Positions 30,106-38,724 of a stretch of 64,000 nt of DNA are shown in pieces. This DNA comes from a virus: positions 1 through 64,000 of the IMG/VR virus record IMGVR_UViG_3300013006_000024; one strand, written 5' to 3'. Position numbers and translations under genes: made by a program. Positions within the stretch are counted from its first letter, which is position 1; every line of letters starts with the position of its first letter. Under the pieces are notes generated by a model. The model had not been told where the DNA came from. It was given only the letters and a program-made list of their open reading frames with translations, and searched no databases.

Positions 30106-30814
30106 AGCAGTTGTTCCTATTTCCGGTGGAATGGACAGTACAGTACTGTTACATTTAGCTGCGAGCCAGTATGATGAGATTATAGCAATTAGCTATAATT
30201 ACGGTCAGAAGCACAAGGACAAAGAGCTCAATTGTGCTGCTCTGCAGGTTGAATCAATCAAAGTACCAGTTGAGTATAAATGGATAGATTTACCGTTTTT
30301 CAAGAGTATTTGTGAGGTCTCTTCACTTCTTAATACTAAAATTGCTGTAGCTAAGGCTAAAGATGTGATGGGAGATCCACAGACGGTGAACTATGTTCCG
30401 TATAGGAACCTAATGCTTCTTAGTATATCACTAGCAATAGCGGAGAACGCTGGGGCTAGCACTGTTTTTCATGGTGCTGCACAAGCCGATAGCGTTGCAG
30501 GGTTCTGGGATGGCAGCGAAGAATTTCTGGAGCAAATCAATAAAGTATCAGCTTTGAACCGTAGAAATAAAATTATAGTACAAGCACCGTTAATCGACAA
30601 ATCTAAGGAAGAAATCATAAAACTCGGTATTAAGCTTGGTGTAGATTTTAGTAAGACTTGGACTTGTTATGAAGGAGAAGAGCAAGCTTGCGGTGAATGT
30701 ACTGCGTGCTCTTTGCGAATAAAAGGCTTTATAGATGCGAGGTATATAGACCCGTTAAACTACAAGATATCGTTGCCTTGGGAAAAATACAATTGTAAAC
30801 AGATTAGTATTTAA
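30071..30814 (+). CDS. queC: 7-cyano-7-deazaguanine synthase
   Basis: SGGMDST, YGQKH, YVPYRN, TWTCY, CGECTAC..R. Confidence 0.93.
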   Translation: MKRQAKKSPSRKAVVPISGGMDSTVLLHLAASQYDEIIAISYNYGQKHKDKELNCAALQVESIKVPVEYKWIDLPFFKSICEVSSLLNTKIAVAKAKDVMGDPQTVNYVPYRNLMLLSISLAIAENAGASTVFHGAAQADSVAGFWDGSEEFLEQINKVSALNRRNKIIVQAPLIDKSKEEIIKLGIKLGVDFSKTWTCYEGEEQACGECTACSLRIKGFIDARYIDPLNYKISLPWEKYNCKQISI

Positions 30815-31667
30815 TTACAGGCAGCATCGCTAGATTTCTAGGCCTTATTGCACCGCCACCCCAACTGCCGTCATTAATCCAATCACCACCATTAGCAACA
30901 TTACCTGGACCAGCTGTACTGATAGTCCCGGCATAATCTGATTTAGCTGCTGTATCCAACCCAATAAGAGTCCTCCCATCTGACGGGCTTGATCCTGCAG
31001 CAATACTGTGTACATAGTTCTCTGAGCTTGGAGTGTTAAAAGCCATAACAGTAGATTTTTGATAGCTGCCAAATGCTCTATCTGTATCTACACCTCTACT
31101 GTTATCCCAACCTCTTAAAAACTCTCCTCTCAAGTCAGGCAGTTTACCAGCTACACCGTATGTGGTACCTAATAATGTAAATAGCGCGCTAAAATTATAA
31201 GTTATCCCCTGTACAACACCGTTTCCATTTGGAACAGTATCACCATTGCAAACCAAATAACCTGAAGGTGTTGTAGATGTTGCCATGTAAAAAACTGCTC
31301 CTACTGGTACTGCTACAGGAACATTTTTCAGTGTCAAACCTCCAGTAATATTAATATTTCCTGCCGTATCAATGCGCATACGTTCAGTGTTATTTGTTAC
31401 TAAAGAAAGAGGATGGTTAGTATATGAACCAAATCTATTTTCCAAGCTAGTAGTATTTGCTTGAATGTAAACGGATTGCGAATTGAGCGATATATTTGTA
31501 CTTGCCCATATTGTAGGGTTTGACGAGTTGACTAAATAAAAAGAACTACTGCCTTGAAACAAGGCACTTACAGGCGTTGCAAGTGTGTCGCTCCCTGTGC
31601 TGTATGGCAGCAAATGCCCCGGAGAGGGGTTAGCGCGCGCTAAATCAGATATTGTTGTATCAGCCAT
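30804..31667 (-). CDS. Fibre/adhesin, MADxTIS family, tail-collar domain
   Basis: MADTTISDL; TNNTERMRIDTAG; VPVGAV...PSGYLVCNG...LPDLRGEFLRGWD...RPRNLA...IKY. Confidence 0.78.
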   Translation of the reverse strand: MADTTISDLARANPSPGHLLPYSTGSDTLATPVSALFQGSSSFYLVNSSNPTIWASTNISLNSQSVYIQANTTSLENRFGSYTNHPLSLVTNNTERMRIDTAGNINITGGLTLKNVPVAVPVGAVFYMATSTTPSGYLVCNGDTVPNGNGVVQGITYNFSALFTLLGTTYGVAGKLPDLRGEFLRGWDNSRGVDTDRAFGSYQKSTVMAFNTPSSENYVHSIAAGSSPSDGRTLIGLDTAAKSDYAGTISTAGPGNVANGGDWINDGSWGGGAIRPRNLAMLPVIKY

Positions 31668-31685
31668 ATGTTATATCCATGTGTA

Positions 31686-32402
31686 CTAAATTTCTACTAC
31701 CATGCAACTGGATGCAGTTCCTAGTTTTATTAAGGATTTTGAGTTTGCAGTTATAAGCTCATCAATTTCTTTCTTAATTCCATCCACTAGTATGGTCCCA
31801 TCAATAGGAATCACATAACTGCTTGTTTGTATTTGTTCATCTTTAAAAATCATTTTGGCATTATAATCCCTTGCAATATCCTCTGGGCAGAATGCCACCC
31901 ATTTGATCTCATCTGTGGAGATTAAAAATTTGCGCGTTGTTGTAAATAAGCTTTTTACATTATAAAAACCATCCTTTTCAAATATTGTGCCTGTAGTTTG
32001 CTCTACACCTCTACCATCAATCATAAACAAGTAATGAGAGGTATATCGGGACTCAACTCTATATGCATTTGTGAACTCTGGCCCCTTCACAATACCTCTG
32101 CACACAGAGAATGGCTTAAAATTTTGCACTTCATTCATTTTCAATAGAGTTTCGGTAGGTGAATATTTGCTTCCCTTCAATATTACCTCATCTATGATAT
32201 GATCATATGCATCACTGCTGTTGAATTCTGAATTGACAACAGCTTTATCCTTGTGTTCAATCAACCCACGCCCCTCTTTGCATGTAACTGTGCTCACCCC
32301 GTTGAGGAGAAATTTATTTAAATTTAAAAAATATATTTTATTATTAATTTCAACATAGTTATCATCAAAGCTAATTTTAAAATATGTATTGTTGTATTGC
32401 AT
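31686..32402 (-). CDS. Hypothetical protein between fibre genes (possible fibre partner/chaperone)
   Basis: Own TAAATA; sandwiched between two MADxTIS genes. Confidence 0.4.
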   Translation of the reverse strand: MQYNNTYFKISFDDNYVEINNKIYFLNLNKFLLNGVSTVTCKEGRGLIEHKDKAVVNSEFNSSDAYDHIIDEVILKGSKYSPTETLLKMNEVQNFKPFSVCRGIVKGPEFTNAYRVESRYTSHYLFMIDGRGVEQTTGTIFEKDGFYNVKSLFTTTRKFLISTDEIKWVAFCPEDIARDYNAKMIFKDEQIQTSSYVIPIDGTILVDGIKKEIDELITANSKSLIKLGTASSCMVVEI

Positions 32403-32413
32403 ATTAATAATAT

Positions 32414-32914
32414 TTATGATATTTTAATTATATAATGCAGGCTGATGTAAGGGGGGAGTGTAGCCACCGTAACCGGGTGAGTGTGTGATCCTCCATAGCT
32501 TGCAATTCCGGTTAAGTATGTTGCACAGGCTGGCTGATTTTTTCCACCGCATGCCGCACCTGGCGCGTATGTACTTGATCTAAAAGAGCTTTGTTGTGTG
32601 GAGTTTAAAGATGTTGCCCCCACAGTTCCTGTTACAGAAGCTTGCCCTCCAGTTGTATTGAGAGGATAAGTACTTCCTGCACCCACAGCAAATCGATCGC
32701 GCAAATCTGGCCTGCCTGCTTGCCCATCACACAATGCCCAACCTGAGGGTATGCTAGCTCCATTGTAATTAGACCACATGACTATAGTGCCAACGGGCAC
32801 TCCCCCGATGTCTGATATGGACACCCTTCCAGTTGTTGTTCCATCTGACACAGGAACAGACAAGCTCCCACTGGGGGTCATTGGACTAAGCGCAGAGATG
32901 GTTGTATCAGCCAT
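32414..32914 (-). CDS. Short fibre, MADxTIS family, collar-like domain
   Basis: MADTTISAL; VPVGTIVMW...IPSGWALCDG...PDLRDRF.VGAG...LPPYISLHYIIK. Confidence 0.75.
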   Translation of the reverse strand: MADTTISALSPMTPSGSLSVPVSDGTTTGRVSISDIGGVPVGTIVMWSNYNGASIPSGWALCDGQAGRPDLRDRFAVGAGSTYPLNTTGGQASVTGTVGATSLNSTQQSSFRSSTYAPGAACGGKNQPACATYLTGIASYGGSHTHPVTVATLPPYISLHYIIKIS

Positions 32915-32918
32915 ATTA

Positions 32919-32999
32919 TTAAGTTATAGTTATAGGTAATATAGCGCCTGTATTAGTAGTTAGCGCGCGCGCTAAATCAGTAATTGTTGTATCGGCCAT
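32919..32999 (-). pseudogene. 26-codon remnant of a MADxTIS-family gene
   Basis: Manual translation MADTTITDLARALTTNTGAILPITIT-stop; not in ORF track. Confidence 0.75.
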
Positions 33000-33001
33000 T
33001 T

Positions 33002-33910
33002 TTAATCTCCATAGCTAAACCCACCTGAGTCATAACCACGGCGACCTGGCAGTGCACCCATTCCACGCAATTCACTGGTCGGTAAATCATCTTCTGGATA
33101 TTCTTCAACAGTTTCTACTTCACCGGTACCTTCACCTTCTTTTTTCTCCGAAGCGGGGGTATAGCTGCTTTTAAATTTTAATGAATCAATAAAGTCTTGA
33201 ACAACTTCTTTATCATTAGCCATTTTTTGATCATACGCACGCGTTATAGCCTCAATTACTTCATTTTTAAGTTCAGGTGAATCATAAATGTCGCCTTTCT
33301 CGATAGTAATTTCATCAGGAAGCTCAACAAATATTGGCATCCATTCTTTAATAAAACGTGCATTTGGATTTTTTACAAAACTATTTGCTTTTGGTACTTC
33401 AGGTTGTGCAGGAGATGTACCAGGAGTACCAGGTGCTATAACAGCTTTACCCTTTACTCCTGCATCAACTGCTTGCTTGACTTGATGGGGGCTAGCAGCT
33501 GTACCGCCTTCTGCATCTACTCTTACTACATTTAAAAGATTGTCAACGATGCGCGCAGTATATTTAGCCTCCGTACCACCAAGCTTAAGCTCGTTTTTAA
33601 TTAAATTCTCTAATTCAGTTCTAAATTTCATCTTAGAACCCGGGTAAAACAAATCATATTCTTTACCGTCAACAACATGCTTTGCAGGTTTAAAAAGTTT
33701 AGTCTTTATAGCAGCCAGCAAACGATTAGCAACATCAGCCATAGGTTTACCTTCTTTTGCCGCTACTTTGCCGATTCCATATCCCTTGCCAGGTGCTGAT
33801 TCGAAGTCACCAGAATACCCTATATCACCCATTCCATATATGGGAGCTTCAGAAATAACAGGTTTTTTAACTAAATACGCTTCAAATATGAGTTTACAGT
33901 CCTTATTCAT
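33002..33910 (-). CDS. Hypothetical late protein, possible internal head protein
   Basis: TAAATA 7 nt upstream; MNKDCKLIFEAYL...ISE-A. Confidence 0.5.
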   Translation of the reverse strand: MNKDCKLIFEAYLVKKPVISEAPIYGMGDIGYSGDFESAPGKGYGIGKVAAKEGKPMADVANRLLAAIKTKLFKPAKHVVDGKEYDLFYPGSKMKFRTELENLIKNELKLGGTEAKYTARIVDNLLNVVRVDAEGGTAASPHQVKQAVDAGVKGKAVIAPGTPGTSPAQPEVPKANSFVKNPNARFIKEWMPIFVELPDEITIEKGDIYDSPELKNEVIEAITRAYDQKMANDKEVVQDFIDSLKFKSSYTPASEKKEGEGTGEVETVEEYPEDDLPTSELRGMGALPGRRGYDSGGFSYGD

Positions 33911-33943
33911 CTTGAAATATTTATTCTATTTAATATAATAATT

Positions 33944-33950
33944 AGGAGGT
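33944..33950 (+). promoter_or_regulatory. Shine-Dalgarno AGGAGGT
   Basis: Perfect SD, 8 nt before ATT-TGC-GGA. Confidence 0.8.
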
Positions 33951-33958
33951 ATAATACT

Positions 33959-34648
33959 ATTTGCGGAATATTTGGAGCTAAAGAATTTACAAACTATGTA
34001 AATCTCTATAAGAGTAATAAGAAAAGAGGCACCTTTTCATATGGCGGACTACTGATCGGTAATAAGATACATGCTATTCTAAAGTCACCTGGTACTGCAA
34101 CTCTTTCTAAAAAGCTAGTTATTGAGTATGGCAAGAAAAGAAGGAACATTACAGATTTTAATTATTTCTTAGGTCATACGCAAGCGCCAACATCATCACA
34201 AAGAGCATTCTCACCTACAACGTCACATCCTTTTCAATATAAAGATTGGCTTATAGCACATAATGGTGTTCTAACAAACCATAAGGAGCTTAAGCTATTA
34301 ATTAGCAATAAAAAAAGCTATAACGTTGTCGATTCGTCAATTATCGCACCATTATTAGATATGCATCTCAAGAAGCATGGTGATGAGATTCTAGCTATTA
34401 TTAAAACTCTTTCACTTTTAAAAGGAACATTCGGTCTTTGGATCTATAATCAAAAATCAGGCCACGTATATATAGCTAGATCTGGTAGTACACTTTATGC
34501 GGATTTTTTAAATAATGAATTTTCTTCTTTACCAAATCCAGATAATGAGTTTGTAGAAGTTGAGGAGGGTTTATTGTACCTCTTAACAAAAGAAGGTATA
34601 ACTAGTGTAGGTAAGTTCACAACAAACTCACCGTTTTTTAATCCATGA
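33959..34648 (+). CDS. Class II (Ntn) glutamine amidotransferase with ATT start codon
   Basis: Open frame extends 134 codons upstream of the track's ATG 34361: (ATT)CGIFG...KRG...GHTQAPT...HPF...AHNG...VDS; AGGAGGT 8 nt upstream. Confidence 0.85.
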   Translation: MCGIFGAKEFTNYVNLYKSNKKRGTFSYGGLLIGNKIHAILKSPGTATLSKKLVIEYGKKRRNITDFNYFLGHTQAPTSSQRAFSPTTSHPFQYKDWLIAHNGVLTNHKELKLLISNKKSYNVVDSSIIAPLLDMHLKKHGDEILAIIKTLSLLKGTFGLWIYNQKSGHVYIARSGSTLYADFLNNEFSSLPNPDNEFVEVEEGLLYLLTKEGITSVGKFTTNSPFFNP

Positions 34649-35322
34649 ACAATATTGCTTTTTATTTTGCTACTAGAAGCTCGGATGCTAAACAAACTTC
34701 AGCATATAAGTCACTTATTCGATTGAAAGATAAAATAGATATCTTATTTGATGCTGATAATAAAGAAGGATTAAGCAAAAAATATAATGAAATTTTAAAT
34801 GAATATAGAAACGATTATAAATTTATCGTTTTTGTTCATGATGATGTTTATGTTGACGATCTTGCAGTAAATGAAAAGCTAGAGAAAGCTCATCAAGATT
34901 TTGATATAGTCGGGCTTGCCGGTGGCGTTAATCCGAAGATCCAGAAATTAGCTTTATGGCATTTAATGTGTGGTGGGTTTAATGGAAATAATTTGAGGGG
35001 CGCGGTAGCCCATCCTTGTAATGATCATGGACAGATATTTATGACGTCGTTTGGACCTACCCCTGCAAGAGTAGCTATACTTGATGGGCTATTCATGAGT
35101 ATTAACACAAAAAGAACCAAACAGGTCGACTGGAAGTTTAATGAAAATTATACCTTTCATCATTATGATATAGCTAGTAGCTTAGACGCAAATGTTAAGA
35201 AACTAAAATTAGGGGTAGCACCTATATGGGTCGTACACAAATCGCCCGGACTTTTAAATACGAATGATGAAATATTTGTATCGAGCCAAGATAAGTTTTT
35301 AAAAGAATACAGTGGTTATTGA
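34645..35322 (+). CDS. GT-A glycosyltransferase-like protein
   Basis: GLSKKYN, FVHDDV, IVGLAG, ILDGLFM, FHHYDI; ATGA overlap with the amidotransferase. Confidence 0.7.
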   Translation: MNNIAFYFATRSSDAKQTSAYKSLIRLKDKIDILFDADNKEGLSKKYNEILNEYRNDYKFIVFVHDDVYVDDLAVNEKLEKAHQDFDIVGLAGGVNPKIQKLALWHLMCGGFNGNNLRGAVAHPCNDHGQIFMTSFGPTPARVAILDGLFMSINTKRTKQVDWKFNENYTFHHYDIASSLDANVKKLKLGVAPIWVVHKSPGLLNTNDEIFVSSQDKFLKEYSGY

Positions 35323-35346
35323 TTACTATAAAGTCTAGTATATCAT
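35319..35346 (+). promoter_or_regulatory. Sigma70-like promoter TTGATT-N16-TATCAT (gp41)
   Basis: 6 nt before ATG. Confidence 0.65.
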
Positions 35347-35352
35347 AGAGTA

Positions 35353-36681
35353 ATGGCTAAGCTAGATTTAGATTATTTTGAAGTTATTATAGCTTACAAA
35401 TCTCTTACAGACGAATCATATTTAGCTTCTATCGTCGATTACATTAAACCTTTGTATTTTAAAAACAAAGACATAAAAGTTGTTTTTGAAATTATTAGAG
35501 AGTTTTATGAAAAAAGAGCGACATGCCCTACTCTAACAGAAATTAAATCTTATTTAACTACCGATGAACTTAAAAGTTCTTTTAAGAATGCCGTTAATCT
35601 TTTTAATAATATTGAAAAGAATTTTAATGTCGATGAACTTACTGCTAATACCGAAATTTTTATTAAGGAAAAATCAGTCTACCATACAATGATGGATGTG
35701 GTGGATGATATTAATAAAAACAGCGTAGATACATCTAAAATATTAGATAAGTTTGAAAAAGCATGCAATATCTCGCTTACTACTGATATTGGGTTAGATC
35801 TGTTTAATGATGTTAGTAAAGTAATTGATAATCTCCATTCTAATGAAAAATATATTCCCTCTAAGTGGAAATGGTTAGACGATAAAATCGGCGGTGGGTT
35901 TTTAGAGGAAGGTAAAGCCCTTTATTTGTTTGCCGGTGAAACTAATATTGGTAAGAGTATATTTCTAGGTAATATTGCGGTAAACATCGCTGAACAAGGA
36001 AAAACAGTATTATTGGTTTCTCTTGAAATGCCAGAAATTATTTACGCTAAACGCCTTTGCTCTAGTGTATCAAAGATTCCCCTTGGACAGCTTAAAATTG
36101 AATCCGAGACCCTTAAGACTCAGTTAGACGAATATTGTATCGAGCACCCTAATTCAAAAATTATTATTAAAGAATTTCCGCCCGCAACTATAACTGCAAA
36201 TCATCTCAAAGCATTTACAAAAAAACTAATTCAAAAGGGAATTAAGATTGATGCGATAGTTCTTGATTATGTTAATTTGCTTAACTCTACCTACGGTGAT
36301 AGTAGTTATGAGAGAATTAAGATATGTACTGAGCAGCTAAGAGCTATTTCTTATCACTTTAATTGCCCTATTATATCTGCAACTCAGCTTAATAGAGAAG
36401 GCTATGATATATCTGATCCCGGCTTAAAGACTATATCCGAAAGTATTGGACTTGCTATGACCGGTGACGTTATTTTAAGTATTTGGCAAGAAGATACAGA
36501 TAAAGAGCTAGGTGTTATAAAGATGGGCTTTATGAAAAATAGATTCGGTCCAAATTTCGGTCATTGTGCAATGCGTATAGACTATTCTACATTAACTATT
36601 ACCGAAGACGAACATATAAATGATACGGAGGCGAGCACATCTTCTATTAGTACTTTGTCTAAATTAGCAATAGATAATTGA
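35353..36681 (+). CDS. gp41: Replicative DnaB-like helicase
   Basis: AGETNIGKS, VSLEM, LDYVNLL, SATQLNR, SESIGL, KNRFG. Confidence 0.92.
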   Translation: MAKLDLDYFEVIIAYKSLTDESYLASIVDYIKPLYFKNKDIKVVFEIIREFYEKRATCPTLTEIKSYLTTDELKSSFKNAVNLFNNIEKNFNVDELTANTEIFIKEKSVYHTMMDVVDDINKNSVDTSKILDKFEKACNISLTTDIGLDLFNDVSKVIDNLHSNEKYIPSKWKWLDDKIGGGFLEEGKALYLFAGETNIGKSIFLGNIAVNIAEQGKTVLLVSLEMPEIIYAKRLCSSVSKIPLGQLKIESETLKTQLDEYCIEHPNSKIIIKEFPPATITANHLKAFTKKLIQKGIKIDAIVLDYVNLLNSTYGDSSYERIKICTEQLRAISYHFNCPIISATQLNREGYDISDPGLKTISESIGLAMTGDVILSIWQEDTDKELGVIKMGFMKNRFGPNFGHCAMRIDYSTLTITEDEHINDTEASTSSISTLSKLAIDN

Positions 36682-36686
36682 TTTTT

Positions 36687-36694
36687 TATAAATA
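36687..36694 (+). promoter_or_regulatory. Late promoter TATAAATA upstream of the bS21 operon
   Basis: Exact consensus in the intergenic gap after gp41. Confidence 0.6.
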
Positions 36695-36706
36695 ATTAAT
36701 AATTAG

Positions 36707-37003
36707 TTGTCTACAGTGAAAGGCTACGATCCCTCAGAACAAATAACTGAGTTCGAACAAAACCATACGTTTTTGTCGTTCTGCTCTTTAATAACATTAA
36801 TGCATACAAAAAAGTTGAATTTAGCGAATGTGTTCATATTATTATTAAAGAGTAAGGAAATAAGGGAGCTATTTAAAATGCATTGTGAACTTAAAAACGA
36901 TTTTTCAGCAGTAAAATTTTTCTTGCAATTCGACTCAGGATTGTATAAAAGTAAGTACATTATGAAGTTTTTAAATTCCTGCAAAAAGAGTTTATTTTTA
37001 TGA
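36707..37003 (+). CDS. Hypothetical protein
   Basis: Follows TATAAATA at 36687-36694; ATGA overlap with the bS21 gene; start codon uncertain. Confidence 0.5.
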   Translation: MSTVKGYDPSEQITEFEQNHTFLSFCSLITLMHTKKLNLANVFILLLKSKEIRELFKMHCELKNDFSAVKFFLQFDSGLYKSKYIMKFLNSCKKSLFL

Positions 37004-37209
37004 GACCAGTAAATGTTGAAGTTAAGTTGGATAAGAAGAAGTGCACCGATAAAGCATATTTTGATAAAATGTGGAATAAATTTAGTAGAGAATATATGAA
37101 CTCTGGTATTGTTGAAGAATTGAGATTGAAGAGGTGTTATTACAAGCCAAGTATGTTACGCAAGATAAAGAAGCAGATAGTTAGAAACAAGTGGAAGCAT
37201 TTGCGTTGA
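37000..37209 (+). CDS. rpsU: Phage-encoded ribosomal protein bS21-like
   Basis: 69 aa basic; FDKMWNKFSRE...SGIVEELRLKRCYYKPSMLRK matches the bS21 pattern F.R....GI..E.R....Y.KPS..R. Confidence 0.75.
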   Translation: MRPVNVEVKLDKKKCTDKAYFDKMWNKFSREYMNSGIVEELRLKRCYYKPSMLRKIKKQIVRNKWKHLR

Positions 37210-37847
37210 TCACCGAGTTCGATAAATTAATTTACAATACATTTTTAAGGGTTTCGCGATCGAAAAACAAATTACCTTTTAAATTGCGTAAAAATTTTGA
37301 TAAACTTAATAACGAAACATTTGTATCAATTAAAAAGGTTAGTAATTTTTTAAAAAGATTTCCGCATATTAAGATTGAAGAGTATTTTAAAGCGCCGTAT
37401 TCTATATACTCTGACGAAGAATATTTTCCTTTAGATTATTATCACACTCTTAAGGCTACTAAAGCATATACATTGTTTAATAAGAAGCAAGAAAATTTAG
37501 ATCCAGATTCTGATGAACAATTAATCGGTATAAAAGAATCTATTTTGTTTATTAAGAATTTTTGTATAGCTAAAAATCTCTCTCCTGCAAATTACATTAA
37601 TCATAGAACAAATAATGAATATTCTTTTATTCTTCATCTAAAAGAACATAAAGTGAACATATATACGCTTTTAGGGTATTCCAATTTTGAGAAAACTATA
37701 AAACAAAGAGATGCCGAGGTAGTCAAATTTATTATAGGCGAGAATCTTTATAATAACATTTCTGTATATAGAACAAAATTATATAATTCTCAAAAAGCTT
37801 CTAAATTAGTTGAACTCGGTCTCAAAAAAATTTTAAATAATGCTTGA
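37191..37847 (+). CDS. Hypothetical protein, possibly gp59-like helicase loader
   Basis: About 215 aa, basic, immediately upstream of gp32 as gp59 is in T4; no motif proof. Confidence 0.35.
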   Translation: MEAFALITEFDKLIYNTFLRVSRSKNKLPFKLRKNFDKLNNETFVSIKKVSNFLKRFPHIKIEEYFKAPYSIYSDEEYFPLDYYHTLKATKAYTLFNKKQENLDPDSDEQLIGIKESILFIKNFCIAKNLSPANYINHRTNNEYSFILHLKEHKVNIYTLLGYSNFEKTIKQRDAEVVKFIIGENLYNNISVYRTKLYNSQKASKLVELGLKKILNNA

Positions 37848-37880
37848 TTTAAAATTATAAGCTATTATCATAATAATAAT

Positions 37881-38720
37881 ATGAGTACATTTACCGCATC
37901 GATGTTTGAGAGCATTAAAGGCGCTCTTACTAAAAATAACGAAACCGCTTCTTCTAAAATTAAGGATTATTTGCGCTGTGAGGTAGGAAATACCTATACA
38001 GTCCGACTTCTTCCTAATGTAAAAGACCCATCGAAGACATTTTTCCATTATTATTCTTATGGGTGGAATAGCCTTACGACTGGTCAACTAGTCACAGCTA
38101 TTAGCCCGACTACTTGGAATCAACGCGATCCTATTGCCGAGGAACGCTATCGTGTATTACGCAACGGTACTGAAAAAGAAAAAGAGAAAGCACTTGCTAT
38201 TAAGCGCCGTGAAAATTGGCTTGTAAGTGTATATGTTATTAACGATCCGGTTAATGCCGACAATAACGGGAAGATTAAGCTTCTGCGCTTTGGTCGTCAG
38301 CTTCATAAAATTGTTATGGACGCTATTGAGGGCGAAGAAGCCGCTGAGCTTGGCCCGCGTATTTTCGATCTTTCACCTAAGGGCTGTAATCTTAGAATTA
38401 AGGTTGAGAAGCAGGGTGATTATCCTACATATGTTTCTTCGAAGTTCTCTACTCCTAAGGAAATCGAAGGTCTGGAAGAAGATGACTTTAAGAAGATCTA
38501 CAATAATGCCTTTGATCTTGAGTCATATGTATCTGTCAAGAGTTACGATGAACTCAAGACTATACTTGATGAGCATTATCATGGTACTAAAGACGTTGAT
38601 GATACTGCTGATGCACCGGTGCAAGTCACAACAAGCGCACCAACACCTGTTGCTAAAAAAGCTACAGTAAAAGTCGCTGAAAGCGATGAATCAATAGATA
38701 ACCTTTTAAAAGATCTATAA
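37881..38720 (+). CDS. gp32: Single-stranded DNA-binding protein
   Basis: VRLLP, DPI, VYVINDP...NNGK, IFDL...GCNL.IK, Y..SKF, acidic tail ending IDNLLKDL. Confidence 0.88.
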   Translation: MSTFTASMFESIKGALTKNNETASSKIKDYLRCEVGNTYTVRLLPNVKDPSKTFFHYYSYGWNSLTTGQLVTAISPTTWNQRDPIAEERYRVLRNGTEKEKEKALAIKRRENWLVSVYVINDPVNADNNGKIKLLRFGRQLHKIVMDAIEGEEAAELGPRIFDLSPKGCNLRIKVEKQGDYPTYVSSKFSTPKEIEGLEEDDFKKIYNNAFDLESYVSVKSYDELKTILDEHYHGTKDVDDTADAPVQVTTSAPTPVAKKATVKVAESDESIDNLLKDL

Positions 38721-38724
38721 TAAC

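Noticed and set aside
8608-32999. Diversity-generating retroelement or shufflon behind the fibre family
   Set aside because: No reverse transcriptase, adenine-variable TR/VR pair, invertase or inverted crossover sites seen in the window; similarity is confined to the 5' ends and all copies are co-oriented.
34361-34648. 95 aa ORF as given in the track, or a pseudogene
   Set aside because: It is the C-terminal part of an uninterrupted 229-codon amidotransferase frame starting at ATT 33959.
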